A stretch of 61,406 nucleotides of DNA, counting the filler. It is 4 parts of 4 records of this genome, joined end to end, with 100 filler letters (N's around TTAATTAATTAA, not from the genome) between each part and the next. Parts side by side here need not be neighbours in the genome. Positions count along the whole stretch, not along the records: positions 54,943 to 61,406 come from DRR723986_7255; 3 more parts are not named here. One strand, written 5' to 3'. The notes below the pieces were generated by a model that had not been told where the DNA came from, did no database searches, and worked only from the letters and a program-made list of their open reading frames with translations. Every line of letters begins with the position of its first letter. Position 1 is the first letter of the stretch. This document shows, piece after piece, positions 60,467-61,406 of this stretch. Made by a program: the position numbers and the translations under genes.

Positions 60467-61405
60467 TTAACCCAAACGCCCGTGGCAATGCTTGAATTTC
60501 TTACCGGACCCACAGGGGCACATATCATTGCGGCTGGGGTTGCCCCAAGTGGAGGGGTCATCCTCGACAAACCCATCCAGCGCGGCACCCGCTGCGGGCG
60601 TTTCCTTGGCCGCCGCATCGTTCATCGCCACTTGCCGGGCTGCCATTTCCTGCATCATCGCGTCACGCTCTTCTTCGGTCATCGGCTGGATCTGGGCCAG
60701 CTTTTGCGTGACGTCCTGACGCAAACTGTCGAGCATCGTTTCAAACAGCTGGAAGGATTCGTTTTTATATTCGTTCAACGGATCGCGCTGCGCATAGCCG
60801 CGGAAGCCGACCACAGACCGCAGGTGTTCCAGCGTCAGCAAGTGATCGCGCCACTTGCCGTCAATCGCCTGCAACAACAGCTGCTTTTCGATGTTGCGCA
60901 TGTTTTCTTCGCCAAAGACCTCGGCCTTTTGCGCCATCAACCCGTCGGTCGCTTCGATCAGGCGTTCGCGGATCACGTCATCATCCACGCCTTCTTCTTC
61001 GCACCATTCAACGATCGGCAAATCCATGTTCAGCTGTTCGGCAACCGCTGTTTTGAACCCTTCCGTGTCCCACTGATCGGCATAGGTTTTGGGCGGCATG
61101 TAGGTATCAATCAGGTCATCAATCACCTGATGGCGCATATCGGTGACAATCTCGTTCAGGTCTTCCGCTTCCATAATGTCGCGGCGCTGACCAAAGACGA
61201 CCTTTCGCTGTTCGTTCATCACATCGTCGAACTTCAACAGCTGTTTGCGGATGTCAAAGTTGCGGCCTTCGACCTTGGCCTGTGCCCGTTCCAGCGATTT
61301 ATTGACCCAAGGGTGAATGATCGCTTCACCCTCTTTGAGGCCAAGCGTCGTGAGCACTTTCTCAAGCCGTTCGGACCCGAAAATGCGCATCAGGTCATCT
61401 TCCAA
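60467..61405 (-). CDS. secA: Preprotein translocase SecA, C-terminal part (5' end outside window)
   Basis: [39 protein letters not shown] motif [14 protein letters not shown]. Confidence 0.97.
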   Translation of the reverse strand: MEDDLMRIFGSERLEKVLTTLGLKEGEAIIHPWVNKSLERAQAKVEGRNFDIRKQLLKFDDVMNEQRKVVFGQRRDIMEAEDLNEIVTDMRHQVIDDLIDTYMPPKTYADQWDTEGFKTAVAEQLNMDLPIVEWCEEEGVDDDVIRERLIEATDGLMAQKAEVFGEENMRNIEKQLLLQAIDGKWRDHLLTLEHLRSVVGFRGYAQRDPLNEYKNESFQLFETMLDSLRQDVTQKLAQIQPMTEEERDAMMQEMAARQVAMNDAAAKETPAAGAALDGFVEDDPSTWGNPSRNDMCPCGSGKKFKHCHGRLG

Positions 61406-61406
61406 A

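Noticed and set aside
60452-60471. TTAA..TTAAC after secA as a CtrA box
   Set aside because: Spacer is 11 nt rather than 7, and the second half is the secA stop codon

Overview
This window is not one locus. It holds four unrelated contig fragments joined by artificial 100-nt spacers (44 N + TTAATTAATTAA + 44 N at 22082-22181, 42860-42959 and 54843-54942). Segment 1 (1-22081) is Rhodobacteraceae-like. It has a GcvT/DAO-family dehydrogenase, a His-rich exported protein, a 15.6-kb acyl-CoA catabolic cluster with an IclR regulator, then rpe, holA, lptE and partial leuS. The cluster encodes an ACAD10/11-type kinase, a histidine phosphatase, a heteromeric acyl-CoA dehydrogenase pair, an MFE-2-like SDR with MaoC, a thiolase, two CoA ligases and two MDR reductases. 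Segment 2 (22182-42859) is probably the same organism. It has the ftsK end, lolA, an RTX-repeat protein, DUF1643, truB, trhO, YegD-type Hsp70, pncA-pncB, a large RTX protein colliding with a truncated metallophosphoesterase, glmM, yjbH-yjbF-wza, msrBA, a glycosyltransferase, a sulfotransferase, a phosphatase and the dnaX start. Segment 3 (42960-54842) is gammaproteobacterial, Marinobacter-like by recognition: comF end, LhgO-like oxidoreductase, srkA-cmoA-cmoB with two small unknown membrane proteins, and hfq-hflXKC-hisZ-purA. Segment 4 (54943-61406) is another roseobacter: dnaK end, dnaJ, DUF442-like protein, radC, a PstS-like/OmpA fusion with an unknown partner, and the secA end. I saw no rRNA, tRNA, CRISPR array, transposase or phage gene. 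The best candidate for an undescribed system is the kinase/phosphatase-containing acyl-CoA cluster with repeated IclR-type operators, a possible 4-hydroxy/oxidised fatty-acid pathway. Next are the PstS-OmpA envelope module and the microhomology junction at about 32772-32783. All family calls come from motif recognition by eye, not database searches.
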